DNA of 64,000 nucleotides from an uncultured Oscillibacter sp. (GCF_900546705.1 NZ_URDP01000003.1:20871-84870); one strand, 5' to 3'. Positions 10,253-20,796 are shown, counted from the first letter of the stretch. Translations and numbers: made by a program. Notes: generated by a model from the letters alone, not told the origin.

Positions 10253-11173
10253 ATGGAATGGTTTGAACAGTTGGATCAATGGGCGGCATCGTATCTGCCG
10301 GACCTGGAAATAGTACGGGAGGAGCCCATGAGCCGCCACACATCTTTCCGCATCGGCGGCCCCGCCCGGCGCATGGCATTTCCCAAGCGGCCTGAGCAGG
10401 TGGTGCTGCTGGCGGACTATGCACGCCGGTGCGGCGCTCGCCCCCTGGTGATCGGCAACGGCACCAACCTTCTTTGCCCGGACCGAGGACTGGACCGGTT
10501 GGTCATCAACCTGTCCGCCGGGCTGACCAAGCTGGAGCGGGGAGAGGAGCCGGACACCATTGCCGCAGAGTGCGGTGTCTCTCTGGCGCGGCTGGCCAAT
10601 TTTGCCTGCGATCTGGGGCTGACGGGGCTGGAGTTTGCCCACGGGATTCCCGGGACGCTGGGCGGCGCTCTGGCTATGAACGCCGGCGCTTACGGCGGCG
10701 AGATGCGTCAGGTGGTTAAGGGCGTCCATGTGCTGTTCCCGGACGAGGGAATCCGCTTTCTGACAGGCGAAGAGATGGCCTTCGGCTACCGTACCAGTCT
10801 GCTGACGCAGCACCCGGAGGCGGTGGCACTGGATGCGGTGGTCGCCTTGCAGCCCGGGGACAGGGATGCCATCCGGGAGACCATGCGGGAGCTCATGGGC
10901 CGCAGAAAGGCCAGCCAGCCTCTGGAATACCCCAGTGCCGGCAGCACTTTCAAGCGGCCTGCGGGGCATTTCGCGGGGACGCTCATCGACCAGTGCGGCT
11001 TGAAGGGGCTGACCGTGGGCGGCGCTCAGGTCAGCGAAAAGCACGCGGGATTTGTCATCAACCTGGGCGGCGCCACCTGCGCTGATGTGCTGGCGCTGAT
11101 GGAACAGGTGCGCCGACGGGTACTGGATGCCACCGGCGTCACGCTGGAGCCGGAAGTGCGGATCGTGGAGTAA
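10253..11173 (+). CDS. murB: UDP-N-acetylmuramate dehydrogenase
   Basis: HTSFRIGGPA, GIPGTLGG, MNAGAYG, PSAGSTFKRP, LEPEV. Confidence 0.96.
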   Translation: MEWFEQLDQWAASYLPDLEIVREEPMSRHTSFRIGGPARRMAFPKRPEQVVLLADYARRCGARPLVIGNGTNLLCPDRGLDRLVINLSAGLTKLERGEEPDTIAAECGVSLARLANFACDLGLTGLEFAHGIPGTLGGALAMNAGAYGGEMRQVVKGVHVLFPDEGIRFLTGEEMAFGYRTSLLTQHPEAVALDAVVALQPGDRDAIRETMRELMGRRKASQPLEYPSAGSTFKRPAGHFAGTLIDQCGLKGLTVGGAQVSEKHAGFVINLGGATCADVLALMEQVRRRVLDATGVTLEPEVRIVE

Positions 11174-11187
11174 GGAGGCACGTTTTT

Positions 11188-12051
11188 TTGGAAATTCTGA
11201 TTATCTCCGGCCTCTCCGGCGGCGGCAAGAGCAAGACCGCCTCGTTCCTGGAGGACATGGGTTTTTATATCGTGGATAATATGCCCGCCGCCATGATTTT
11301 GAAATTTGCGGAGTTCTGCGCCGGCGGCTCCAGCCGCTATCAGCGGGTGGCGCTGGTGTACGATGTGCGCACTGCCAGCTCCTTTACGGAGCTGTTTGAC
11401 GTGCTGGATAAGCTCAAGAACATGGAGGGTCAGTGCCGGATGCTGTTTCTGGAGGCGTCTCCGGAGACGATCATCAAGCGGTACAAAGAGACCCGCCGCC
11501 GCCACCCGCTCAGCGACGGTACCGCCTCTCTGGAAGAGGCGGTGGAAAAGGAGCGGAAGCTGCTGGCTCCCGTGCGGGAGCGGGCCGACTTTGTGATCGA
11601 CACGTCCAAGACCTCCACCGCCCAGCTGCGGATGGAGCTTCTGCGGATTTTCGAGGGGAAGGACGAGAAGGGGGGGCTTTCCGTAACGGTGGCCTCCTTC
11701 GGCTTCAAATACGGACTGCCCCTGGAGGCCGATCTGGTGTTTGATGTGCGTTTCATGCCCAATCCCTTCTACATCGATGAGCTGCGCCATCAGACAGGAC
11801 TGGATGCACCGGTTTCCGACTATGTATTCAGCTTTCCCCAGACGGGCAGCTTCATGAAGCGGCTGGAGGATCTGCTGGCGCTGACGCTGCCGCTGTACGC
11901 CGAAGAGGGAAAGACCACCCTCTTTATCGGTGTGGGCTGTACCGGGGGACATCACCGCTCTGTGGCGGTGGCCCATGCACTGACGGAGTTCATCCGCCAG
12001 CAGGGCTACCAGGTGCAGGAGACACACCGGGATATCAGCCGTGAAGGCTGA
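11188..12051 (+). CDS. rapZ: RNase adapter RapZ/YvcJ
   Basis: SGLSGGGKS, SFGFKYG, GCTGGHHRSV; TTG start with AAGGAGG. Confidence 0.95.
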   Translation: MEILIISGLSGGGKSKTASFLEDMGFYIVDNMPAAMILKFAEFCAGGSSRYQRVALVYDVRTASSFTELFDVLDKLKNMEGQCRMLFLEASPETIIKRYKETRRRHPLSDGTASLEEAVEKERKLLAPVRERADFVIDTSKTSTAQLRMELLRIFEGKDEKGGLSVTVASFGFKYGLPLEADLVFDVRFMPNPFYIDELRHQTGLDAPVSDYVFSFPQTGSFMKRLEDLLALTLPLYAEEGKTTLFIGVGCTGGHHRSVAVAHALTEFIRQQGYQVQETHRDISREG

Positions 12052-12064
12052 GAAGGGAGACGCG

Positions 12065-13120
12065 ATGGAAGGAAAGCGAAGTTCATACCGGCTCCCCAAA
12101 GAACATGGACCACGGGTGGTGGTCATCGGCGGCGGACACGGCCTTGCCAACATGCTGCGTGGCCTGAAGCATTATACAGAGAACCTTTCTGCCGTGGTGA
12201 CCGTAGCGGATGACGGCGGAGGGTCCGGCATGCTGCGCCAGGACCTGGGTATGCCGCCGCCGGGAGATATCCGCAACTGCATGGAGGCACTGGCCAATAC
12301 AGAGCCGCTGATGAGCGAGCTTCTGCACTATCGTTTTACGGAGGGGTCCCTGGCGGGGCAGAGCTTCGGCAATCTGTTCCTGGCAGCCATGAACGGGATC
12401 TCTCCGTCCTTTGACGTGGCGGTGAGCCGCATGAGCGAGGTGCTGGCCATTACCGGCAGGGTGCTTCCTGTGACCACCGCCGACGTCCAGCTGGAAGCGG
12501 AATTTGAAAGCGGCGCCACGGTGGTGGGGGAGTCCAAGATCTTCTACTGCAAAAAGCGGGAGGACTGCCGCATCCGCCAGGTGCGCCTGGTGCCGGAGCA
12601 CCCCAAGGCGCTGCCGGACGCACTGAGCGCCATCCGGGAGGCCGACATGGTGGTGCTGGGGCCCGGCAGTCTCTACACCAGTGTGATCCCCAATCTGCTG
12701 GTGGACGGCATCGTAGATGCCATCCGGGCCAGCGATGGCCTGAAAGTCTATGTGTGCAATGTGATGACGCAGGAGGGGGAGACGGAGGGCTATACGGTCT
12801 CCGACCATATCCGCGCCATTTTCGAGCACTCGGCGCCGGGGCTGTTCCACCTGTGCCTGACCAACTCCTCCCCGATTCCCAAGGGCGTGGCCGCCCGGTA
12901 CGCCGAGGAGGGGGCGGAACTGCTGCGCTGCGACCGGGAAGAATGTGCGGCGCTGGGGGTGGAGGTTGTGAACCGGCCGGTGGCCACGGTGAAAAACGGC
13001 TATGTCCGCCACCACCCCGGACATCTGGCGCGGGAGCTCATTTTGCTCCACGCAGAGCGCAGTGTCCGAATCGCCGGGGAGGGAAGAGCCTTCCAGGACG
13101 ATATCTACCACATCGAATGA
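12065..13120 (+). CDS. yvcK: YvcK/GlmR family UDP-GlcNAc-binding protein
   Basis: VTVADDGGGSG, PPGDIRN, GPGSLYTS; yvcJ-yvcK-whiA order. Confidence 0.93.
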   Translation: MEGKRSSYRLPKEHGPRVVVIGGGHGLANMLRGLKHYTENLSAVVTVADDGGGSGMLRQDLGMPPPGDIRNCMEALANTEPLMSELLHYRFTEGSLAGQSFGNLFLAAMNGISPSFDVAVSRMSEVLAITGRVLPVTTADVQLEAEFESGATVVGESKIFYCKKREDCRIRQVRLVPEHPKALPDALSAIREADMVVLGPGSLYTSVIPNLLVDGIVDAIRASDGLKVYVCNVMTQEGETEGYTVSDHIRAIFEHSAPGLFHLCLTNSSPIPKGVAARYAEEGAELLRCDREECAALGVEVVNRPVATVKNGYVRHHPGHLARELILLHAERSVRIAGEGRAFQDDIYHIE

Positions 13121-13150
13121 ACCGCCGTGTACATCAGAGAGGAAACCGCC

Positions 13151-14053
13151 ATGTCCTTTTCCTATGAAACCAAAAACGAACTGTGCCGGCTTCCGGTCCA
13201 GCGGCTGTGCTGCGCCCGGGCGGAGGCCTACGGAATTTTGCTCTATTGCAGCACGTTTCACCCAGGCGAGGTGCGGGTGGTGACAGAGAATCCCAACTTT
13301 GCTGCCCGGCTGCCCCGCCTGTTCCATCGGGCCTTCGGGCTGCGATTCGACCGCCAGCCGGAGCCGGAGCAGCAGGAGGGCAAGCGAGTCTTTCAGCTGA
13401 CCGACGGAAAGAAGCTGGACCACATCATCAATCTCCTGGGCTATGATCCCAGGCAGAATCCCGTCCTCCACATCAACTTCGGCATGCTGGAGGAGGAGTG
13501 CTGCCGGGCCTCTTTCCTGCGGGGCGTGTTCTTTGCCGGCGGCAGCGTTACGGACCCGGCCAAGCGGTACCATCTGGAGCTGACCACCTGCCATATGCAG
13601 GTGAGCCGGGAACTGGATGTGCTGCTGCGGGAGTGCGGATATCCGCCCAAAAGCGTCAGCCGCAACGGCAGCTTTGTGACTTATTTCAAGCAAAGCGACC
13701 AGATCGAGGACTTTCTCACGCTGATCGGCGCGCCGGTGGCGGCCATGAACGTCATGACCGCAAAAATGGAAAAAGACCTGCGCAACAGCGTCAACCGCCG
13801 CCTCAACTGCGACAGCGCCAATCTGGGCAAGGCGGTGGGGGCGGCCCAGGAACAGCTGGAGGCCATCCGCCGTCTGGATGCGGCGGGCCTTCTGGAAAAG
13901 CAGCCGGAAAAGCTCCGGCAGACAGCGGATCTCCGCACCGCCAATCCGGAACTGACGCTCTCGGAGCTGGCGGAGGAATTCGATCCGCCCATTACCAAGT
14001 CATGTCTGAACCACCGGCTGCGCAAGCTGGTGGATTTGGCAAAAAATCTGTAA
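13151..14053 (+). CDS. whiA: DNA-binding protein WhiA
   Basis: FLRGVFFAGGSVTDP.K.YHLE, NRRLNCDSAN, KSCLNHRLRK. Confidence 0.95.
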   Translation: MSFSYETKNELCRLPVQRLCCARAEAYGILLYCSTFHPGEVRVVTENPNFAARLPRLFHRAFGLRFDRQPEPEQQEGKRVFQLTDGKKLDHIINLLGYDPRQNPVLHINFGMLEEECCRASFLRGVFFAGGSVTDPAKRYHLELTTCHMQVSRELDVLLRECGYPPKSVSRNGSFVTYFKQSDQIEDFLTLIGAPVAAMNVMTAKMEKDLRNSVNRRLNCDSANLGKAVGAAQEQLEAIRRLDAAGLLEKQPEKLRQTADLRTANPELTLSELAEEFDPPITKSCLNHRLRKLVDLAKNL

Positions 14054-14080
14054 TCAATATACAAAAGGAGAAAAACAATC

Positions 14081-14536
14081 ATGGATCGTTGTGCAAAGGC
14101 ATTTGAACTTCATAAGCAGGGATATAACTGCGCCCAGTCTGTGGCGGGCGCTTTCGCGGATCTGCTGGATCTGCCCATGGATACCCTCATGGCCGTGGCC
14201 GGCGGCTTCGGCGGCGGTGTAGGCGGCAGCCACGAAGAGGTCTGCGGCGCCATCAGCGGCGGCGTCATGGTGCTCAGCCTCCTGCATCCCCATACCGACG
14301 GTGCCGACCGCGCCGGCAAGGTGCACACCTATGCGCTGGCCAAGGAGTTCCGCCGCCGCTATGAAGAGGTGTTCGGCCTGACCCGCTGCGGCGATCTGCT
14401 GCGGGCCCGTCCCGGCGTGACGGACAAGAACCCCGCTGCTCAGCGTCTGGGGGTTACCGCTCACTGCGACAACATGGTGGTCACCGCCACGGAGATCCTG
14501 GAGAAGATGCTGGAAGAGGAAAAAGCGGAGCAGTAA
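14081..14536 (+). CDS. C-GCAxxG-C-C family putative redox protein
   Basis: GYNCAQSV, VCGAISGG and two further Cys. Confidence 0.88.
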   Translation: MDRCAKAFELHKQGYNCAQSVAGAFADLLDLPMDTLMAVAGGFGGGVGGSHEEVCGAISGGVMVLSLLHPHTDGADRAGKVHTYALAKEFRRRYEEVFGLTRCGDLLRARPGVTDKNPAAQRLGVTAHCDNMVVTATEILEKMLEEEKAEQ

Positions 14537-14569
14537 TCAAACCGCAAAAGCGGCAAAGGAGGATGTGCC

Positions 14570-14872
14570 GTGAAAAAGCTGGATTCCCTGACACTGCACC
14601 AGGTCATGAGGCTCTCCAACGTGCTCTCTATTGCCGGTCTTGTCCTGCTGCTATTGGGCGGGGCGGCAGAGTCGGGAGCGACCTCCATGGCTTGGATTGC
14701 GGCGCTGTGCATTCTGGCGATCATACTGGTCATCGCCGGGCTGGTGCTGGCTTATGGCTATCTGCGCTGCCCCCATTGCGGAGCATCCCTGTGCCTGGAC
14801 GGCCGCGTGCCTATCAGGTTGCCTCTCTACTGTCCCCAATGCGGCAAGCCGCTGGATGAGGATGACTGCTGA
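14570..14872 (+). CDS. Small membrane protein with C-terminal zinc ribbon
   Basis: Two TM segments, then CPHCG...CPQCG; SD AAGGAGG before GTG. Confidence 0.75.
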   Translation: MKKLDSLTLHQVMRLSNVLSIAGLVLLLLGGAAESGATSMAWIAALCILAIILVIAGLVLAYGYLRCPHCGASLCLDGRVPIRLPLYCPQCGKPLDEDDC

Positions 14873-14910
14873 ACTGGGCGGCAGAGAACAGAAAGCGAGG
14901 AGCGACTGAG

Positions 14911-15405
14911 ATGGGCCGGGGAAAAGTGCGGAATGGAAGCGGTCTGGTCATCCATGTGTGGCATACCGCCCTAAGGAAAGAACAGGTGTCAGCACGTCTG
15001 CAGGCTGGGGGGTGGTCCTTTGGGTCAGATTGGTGGTTGGAATGGAAGAATCTTCCGAACGGATACCGGCTGTGGCTCCGATCTGATTTACCTATATTTC
15101 GGGTACGGGGACAGATACCTCTGCGCCTGTGGGTGCGGGCAGAGAAGGTCGGATGTTGTGTAGTCGGTGTTTTTCTGCCCCCTCTGTGGTCGGTGGCTGT
15201 TGATGCGCTGACGCCGCTGGCACTGACGGTAGCTTTTTTTAACAAAAGTGCCCGAGCAGATTCTTGGTGGGTCCCGGCGACTCTGACTGTGTTCATGCTG
15301 TTGGCTCCTGGTCTATTTACTGCTTGGGGGCGGGATCGGAGACTGCTGGAGTGGGTTGGTGCAGGTCTTCTGAACAGTGCGCTGGAGGATATTGTGGATG
15401 CGTAG
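14911..15405 (+). CDS. Hypothetical membrane protein with atypical codon usage
   Basis: ORF with GAGGAG SD, Trp-rich, hydrophobic C-half, many T-ending codons. Confidence 0.5.
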   Translation: MGRGKVRNGSGLVIHVWHTALRKEQVSARLQAGGWSFGSDWWLEWKNLPNGYRLWLRSDLPIFRVRGQIPLRLWVRAEKVGCCVVGVFLPPLWSVAVDALTPLALTVAFFNKSARADSWWVPATLTVFMLLAPGLFTAWGRDRRLLEWVGAGLLNSALEDIVDA

Positions 15406-15659
15406 CCATTGGAAAAGAGAGACAAGTGAGTTGAAGGGGTTGTAGAAACTATCCTAACATCAAATTTTGCAAATCATCGTCCTGATTTTCTTTAACTTGG
15501 CAGTAGCTTGGCAGTGCTGAGCATTCTGCTGTGCGAATTGTGTCCCTGGCGTTGACTGATGCCCTGACCTCTGAGAAACTGCGGTACCCTGCTGTTGTTC
15601 TCTCAATGAGGTGGGGGGAAGTAACGCTCCGCTATTACGATACAGGAAAGGAAACGACT

Positions 15660-18600
15660 ATGCCCTTCGTCCATCTACATGTCCATACGGAATACAGCCT
15701 TCTGGACGGCGCCTGCCGCATCCGGGACCTGCCGGGGATCGTCAAGTCCATGGGGCAGGACGCCTGCGCCATCACGGACCACGGCGTCATGTACGGCGCC
15801 ATCGACTTTTACCGCTCCTGCAAGGCGGAGGGCATCAAGCCCATCATCGGCTGTGAGGTGTATGTGACGCCCCAGGGCCGCTCCCGGTTTGATAAGATCC
15901 ACGAGTTCGATGCCGAGAGCCGCCATCTGGTGCTGTTGTGCGAAAACGAAGAGGGCTACCGGAACCTCTCTTACCTGGTGTCCATGGCCTGGACGGAGGG
16001 CTTTTACATCAAGCCCCGCATCGACCTGGAGCTGCTGCGCCGCCACAGCCGCGGCCTCATTGCCCTGACGGCGTGCCTGGCGGGAGAGATCCCCCGACGG
16101 CTGCGGAACGGAGAGTATGAAAACGCCAAGGCCTATGCCCTGGAGCTTGCGGACATCTTTGGCCCGGAGCACCTGTATCTGGAGCTCCAGGACCACGGCA
16201 TCCCGGCCCAGCAGGAGGTGAACCGGGGCATCCTGCGCATCCACCAGGAGACGGGATTGCCCATGGTGTGCACCAACGACGCCCACTACCTGCGCAAGGA
16301 GGACGCGGAGGCCCACGATGTGCTGCTGTGCATCCAGACCGGCAAGCTCCTGGAGGACGAGAACCGTATGCGCTACGAGCCCCGCAACTTCTACCTGCGC
16401 AGCGGGGAGGAGATGGAGTCGCTCTTTGCCGGGTATGAGGGAGCGGTGGCCAACACGGAGAAGGTGGCGGCCATGTGCAACCTGGAGTTCACCTTCGGCA
16501 AGTACCACCTGCCGGAATTCCAGCTGCCGCCGGGCTATGACAGTTTCTCCTACCTGAAAAAGCTCTGCGACGAGGGGTATGTTCAGCGCTACGGCGCGGA
16601 TGAGAGCCACCGCCAGCAGCTCCGGTACGAGCAGGACATGATCGAGAAAATGGGCTTTACGGACTATTTCCTCATTGTCTCCGACTTCGTCCGCTACGCC
16701 AGGGAGGCAGGCATCCCGGTGGGCCCGGGCCGCGGCAGCGCCGCCGGCAGCATGGTCAGCTATTGCCTGCACATTACGGACATCGACCCGGTGAAGTACA
16801 ACCTGTATTTCGAGCGGTTTTTGAACCCGGAGCGGGTGAGCATGCCGGATATCGACATGGACTTTGGCGATACCCGCCGGGGCGAGGTGGTGGACTATGT
16901 CCGCCGCAAGTACGGCGACGACCATGTGGCCCAGATCGTCACCTTCGGCACCATGGCGGCCCGGGGCGTCATCCGGGACGTGGGGCGGGTCATGAATATG
17001 CCCTACGCCCAGGTGGATCAGATCGCAAAACAGGTGCCCGGCGGCCCCGGTGCGCTCCATATCACCCTGGACGATGCCCTGCGCCTGAGCAAGCCGTTGC
17101 GGGAGCTCTATGAGACGGACGGGCAGGTAAAAAAGCTCATCGACACGGCAAAGGCCCTGGAGGGCATGCCCCGGCACGCCTCTACCCACGCTGCCGGCGT
17201 GGTCATCACCCGGCGGCCGGTGTATGAGTATGTGCCTCTTTCCAAAAACGACGAGTCTGTGGTGTGCCAGTACGTGATGACCACACTGGAAGAGCTGGGC
17301 CTTCTGAAGATGGACTTCCTGGGCCTTCGGAACCTGACGGTGCTGGACGACGCGGTGAAGATGGTGCAGAAAGAGCAGCCGGACTTCCGTCTGGAGGACA
17401 TTCCCGAGGACGACCAAGCCGTGTTCGACATGCTGACGCAGGGAAAGACCAGCGGCGTATTTCAGATGGAATCGGCGGGTATGACCGGTGTGTGTGTGGG
17501 ACTCCGGCCCCAGACCATCGAGGATCTGACCGCTATCGTGGCCCTCTACCGCCCCGGCCCCATGGAGTCCATTCCCCGCTTCATCGCCTGCAAGCACAAT
17601 CCCAAGCTTGTCACCTACAAGCACCCGGCCCTGGAGCCCATTCTCTCCATCACCTACGGCTGCATCGTCTATCAGGAGCAGGTCATGCAGATCTTCCAGC
17701 AGCTGGCGGGCTACTCCCTGGGACAGGCCGACATGGTGCGCCGGGCCATGAGCAAAAAGAAGGCAAAGGACATCGAACGGGAGCGGGGCGCCTTCATCAA
17801 TGGTGACAAGGAAAGAAACATTACAGGCTGCGTGGCAAATGGAATTCCGGCGGAGACGGCGGAGGCCATCTATAATGAGATCTACGATTTTGCCAACTAC
17901 GCGTTCAACAAGGCGCATGCTGTCTCCTATGCGGTAGTGGCCTATCAGACGGCGTATTTCAAGTACCATTTTCCCAGAGAGTACATGGCGGCGCTGCTGA
18001 CAAGCGTACTGGACAATTCTGATAAGGTGGCCGGCTACATCGCCGAGTGCCGCGAGTGCGGCATTGCGCTGCTGCCGCCGGATATCAACCGCTCCAGTGA
18101 CTGTTTCACCGTGGAAGAAGGCGGTATCCGCTTCGGCCTGGTGGCCATCAAGAATATTGGCCGGGGCTTTGTCCAGTCGGTGATGCACCAGCGGGAGACC
18201 GGCGGCCCGTTCCGTTCCCTGTACGACTTCTGTACCCGCATGGTGGGCAGCGACATCAACAAGCGGGCGGTAGAGAACCTGATCCGCGCCGGCGCATTCG
18301 ACTCCACCGGCGCCCATCGCTCTCAGCTGGTACAGGTATATGAGTCCATCATGGATTCGGTGGCTGCTCAGCAGCGGCAGAACCTGGAAGGACAGCTGGA
18401 CTTTTTCTCTATGGGAAGCGGCGGTTCTCCCAGTGAAATACGTGTAAAGGAAACACCCTTGCCGAATATTCCGGAGTACAGTGCCCAGGAACTGATGATG
18501 ATGGAAAAGGAGACCACGGGGCTGTATCTTTCCGGCCACCCCATGGACCAGTACCGGGAACAGGTACGGGCCCTGGGAGCTCCTGCCATCGGCGCGGTGC

Positions 18601-19136
18601 TGGAAGATTTTGCCCAAGAGGGAGGACCGGTCCGTTTCTCAGATGGTCAGCGTGTGACGCTGTGCGGCGTGGTGACGTCCAGCAAGACCAAAACCACGAA
18701 GAATAACTCCCTCATGGCCTACGTGACGGTGGAGGACGATACGGCCTCTATCGAGCTTTTGTGCTTTTCCCGGGTGCTGGACACCTGCGGCCCGTATCTG
18801 AGGGAGAATCAGGCAGTCATGGTAAAGGGGAAGCTGTCGGTCCGGGATGAAAAGGCGCCTCAGATCATGTGCGACAGTGTGGAGCCGCTGGAGCGGGTCG
18901 GGCAGGGGGCACCGCCTCCGGAGAAACCCAAGACGCTCTACATGAAGTTCCCGTCTCTCCAGGATCCTGCTATCCGGCACATGAAACTGGTATTTGCCAT
19001 GTTCCCGGGGACCGACCTTGTCAAGATGGTCATGGCGGATACCCGCAAGGTTTACGCCGCCCATGTGCTGCTGCATCCGGCATTGGTGGAGGAGGCAAAG
19101 GAGACACTGGGGCAGGACAATGTGGTGGTCAAGTGA
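15660..19136 (+). CDS. dnaE: DNA polymerase III subunit alpha
   Basis: FVHLHVHTEYSLLDG PHP domain, GRGSAAGS, MPDIDMDF, YAFNKAH, OB fold. Confidence 0.98.
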   Translation: MPFVHLHVHTEYSLLDGACRIRDLPGIVKSMGQDACAITDHGVMYGAIDFYRSCKAEGIKPIIGCEVYVTPQGRSRFDKIHEFDAESRHLVLLCENEEGYRNLSYLVSMAWTEGFYIKPRIDLELLRRHSRGLIALTACLAGEIPRRLRNGEYENAKAYALELADIFGPEHLYLELQDHGIPAQQEVNRGILRIHQETGLPMVCTNDAHYLRKEDAEAHDVLLCIQTGKLLEDENRMRYEPRNFYLRSGEEMESLFAGYEGAVANTEKVAAMCNLEFTFGKYHLPEFQLPPGYDSFSYLKKLCDEGYVQRYGADESHRQQLRYEQDMIEKMGFTDYFLIVSDFVRYAREAGIPVGPGRGSAAGSMVSYCLHITDIDPVKYNLYFERFLNPERVSMPDIDMDFGDTRRGEVVDYVRRKYGDDHVAQIVTFGTMAARGVIRDVGRVMNMPYAQVDQIAKQVPGGPGALHITLDDALRLSKPLRELYETDGQVKKLIDTAKALEGMPRHASTHAAGVVITRRPVYEYVPLSKNDESVVCQYVMTTLEELGLLKMDFLGLRNLTVLDDAVKMVQKEQPDFRLEDIPEDDQAVFDMLTQGKTSGVFQMESAGMTGVCVGLRPQTIEDLTAIVALYRPGPMESIPRFIACKHNPKLVTYKHPALEPILSITYGCIVYQEQVMQIFQQLAGYSLGQADMVRRAMSKKKAKDIERERGAFINGDKERNITGCVANGIPAETAEAIYNEIYDFANYAFNKAHAVSYAVVAYQTAYFKYHFPREYMAALLTSVLDNSDKVAGYIAECRECGIALLPPDINRSSDCFTVEEGGIRFGLVAIKNIGRGFVQSVMHQRETGGPFRSLYDFCTRMVGSDINKRAVENLIRAGAFDSTGAHRSQLVQVYESIMDSVAAQQRQNLEGQLDFFSMGSGGSPSEIRVKETPLPNIPEYSAQELMMMEKETTGLYLSGHPMDQYREQVRALGAPAIGAVLEDFAQEGGPVRFSDGQRVTLCGVVTSSKTKTTKNNSLMAYVTVEDDTASIELLCFSRVLDTCGPYLRENQAVMVKGKLSVRDEKAPQIMCDSVEPLERVGQGAPPPEKPKTLYMKFPSLQDPAIRHMKLVFAMFPGTDLVKMVMADTRKVYAAHVLLHPALVEEAKETLGQDNVVVK

Positions 19137-19165
19137 CCGGTGTGAGCCGAAAGGATGGAGAAAGC

Positions 19166-19202
19166 AGAACCGCCCCGGGCCAATCTGGCCTGGGGCGGTT
19201 TT
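19166..19202. terminator. Probable bidirectional terminator between dnaE and DUF4364 gene
   Basis: AACCGCCCCGGGCCA/TGGCCTGGGGCGGTT hairpin between convergent genes. Confidence 0.65.
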
Positions 19203-19209
19203 ACTGGGG

Positions 19210-19761
19210 TTATTCTACGATGTCGTCCTCTCCCGGTTCGGAGGACATGAGCACCCGCATGATCTCACTGTACAGCCGCTCCGGATTTTTCCGGAACCGG
19301 TCTGCCAGCTCCTTGGCCATGTCCTCCCGGGGCATAGCCAGACGCAGGTCCATGACACTGCCCATATCGTCGTCCAGCGCCAGGGCCACGGTGTAGGTAC
19401 CGTTTTCCCGCTTTTCACACCCGGCGCGCACCTGGCTTTTCCTCCGGAGCTTGCGGTTGCAGGAGGCCAGGTTCTTGTCGCACTGGAGCCGGACGGAGTA
19501 GGGCAGGCTGGACTCGCAGATATGGCTGTTGCGCAGACCCTTCTCCGTAATGGCGTACAGCCCGTCCTCAGAGAGGGTCAGGTGCTCTGTCTTTACCAGG
19601 TCGGCAAGGCACTCGGAAAAATCAAAATAGTCAATGGCGTCGTCGCACAGTGTCAAATCCAGCACCGTGTCAAATGGGACCGGCTCCACCAGCCGGGCAG
19701 TGATATATAAAATCAGAAATTTGATTTCCAGCTTGTCGTGGATGAAACCGCGTCCCGCCAT
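19210..19761 (-). CDS. DUF4364 family protein
   Basis: KFLILYI...IDYF...Y.ITEKG winged-helix-like N-terminus; F.KNPE.LY C-terminus. Confidence 0.8.
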   Translation of the reverse strand: MAGRGFIHDKLEIKFLILYITARLVEPVPFDTVLDLTLCDDAIDYFDFSECLADLVKTEHLTLSEDGLYAITEKGLRNSHICESSLPYSVRLQCDKNLASCNRKLRRKSQVRAGCEKRENGTYTVALALDDDMGSVMDLRLAMPREDMAKELADRFRKNPERLYSEIMRVLMSSEPGEDDIVE

Positions 19762-19906
19762 AGGCGTACACTCCTTTGCAGATGAGATAGAGAGGCGGGC
19801 CGTGCCCGCAGGAACCGTGCTTTGAAGCTATTCTATATAATTATAACGCATTTTGGAACATGTGTACAGCAAAAAATGTGGAGGCCGCATTTGCGGCCTC
19901 CGTTTT

Positions 19907-20746
19907 TTATTTGCAGCAGGAGCAGAGATTTTTGGTTTCCTGGTAGTTTTCCGGCTTGTGCACGGTGTTGGGCGGGAAGAATTCGCCCACCGGGAAGGAA
20001 ATGTTGCGGAACACGCAGCACGGGTCCTCGCTGCCGGCGCCGCAGGAGCATTCCTTCTCCGGCATGCAGTAGTCGTACACCGGAATCAGCAGCTGAGAAT
20101 CCCGCTCCAGCCGCACGATGGAGAACTGACCCAGCGTCACATAGATCCGGCGGGCGTCATCGCCGCTGGACAGATCTCCGTCAAAGCACCCGTTGATGAA
20201 AGAGGGCACCTCGCACAGATCGCAGTCGCAATCCCGCTTGCCGCAGCTGTCCAGAATCCGGGCGTCCAGCACGATGGGGTCCACGGCCTCTACCACCGCC
20301 ACGGGGGCATTGGCCCGGCGCAGCTCCTGGATATCCGGCTCGCCCACCCGCATCTGGGAGGAGAAGATCTTGGCGTTGCCCTCACTGCCGAACAGGATGA
20401 CGCGTTTGTCGAACACACACAGTCCCTCCACCGGCACCGGAACGGGGCAGGAGAGGTAGGCCTGGAGGGTCACGGCGTAGAAAAAGCGCATATCCACCGT
20501 GTAGAACCCCCGGTTGAAGCTGACGGGCTCCACATCCACATAGACATAGAGCAGCTTGGCGCTTCCGCCCTTGACGGACAGAGCGCGGTTGATGACGTCC
20601 GTATACTGCATTTTGGGATAGAAGCGCAGATCCTCCACGCAGTCCTTATCCCGGCAGGAGTCGTAGATTTTCCGGGTATGGATGCACACTGCCTCCCGGA
20701 CATTGCCGCACTCCGACACGGGGCCGGGCATGATCTTATCAGGCAT
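19907..20746 (-). CDS. Cys-rich spore coat/exosporium protein (CsxA-like)
   Basis: CIHTRKIYDSC...C and VTLGQFSIVRLE...QLLIPVYDYC.PEKEC...DPC...F...FP motifs; monocistronic. Confidence 0.7.
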   Translation of the reverse strand: MPDKIMPGPVSECGNVREAVCIHTRKIYDSCRDKDCVEDLRFYPKMQYTDVINRALSVKGGSAKLLYVYVDVEPVSFNRGFYTVDMRFFYAVTLQAYLSCPVPVPVEGLCVFDKRVILFGSEGNAKIFSSQMRVGEPDIQELRRANAPVAVVEAVDPIVLDARILDSCGKRDCDCDLCEVPSFINGCFDGDLSSGDDARRIYVTLGQFSIVRLERDSQLLIPVYDYCMPEKECSCGAGSEDPCCVFRNISFPVGEFFPPNTVHKPENYQETKNLCSCCK

Positions 20747-20796
20747 GACAATACCTCCTAGTAAGTAGCTGAAATGAAAGAACGTGTCTTTCAATC

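Noticed and set aside
15675..18617. Long antisense ORFs (also opposite dxs, der, ABC-F, potA and others)
   Set aside because: Shadow frames from high-GC codon bias opposite well-supported genes
15660..19136. Intein or intron in dnaE
   Set aside because: Normal length with contiguous conserved motifs; no intein termini seen
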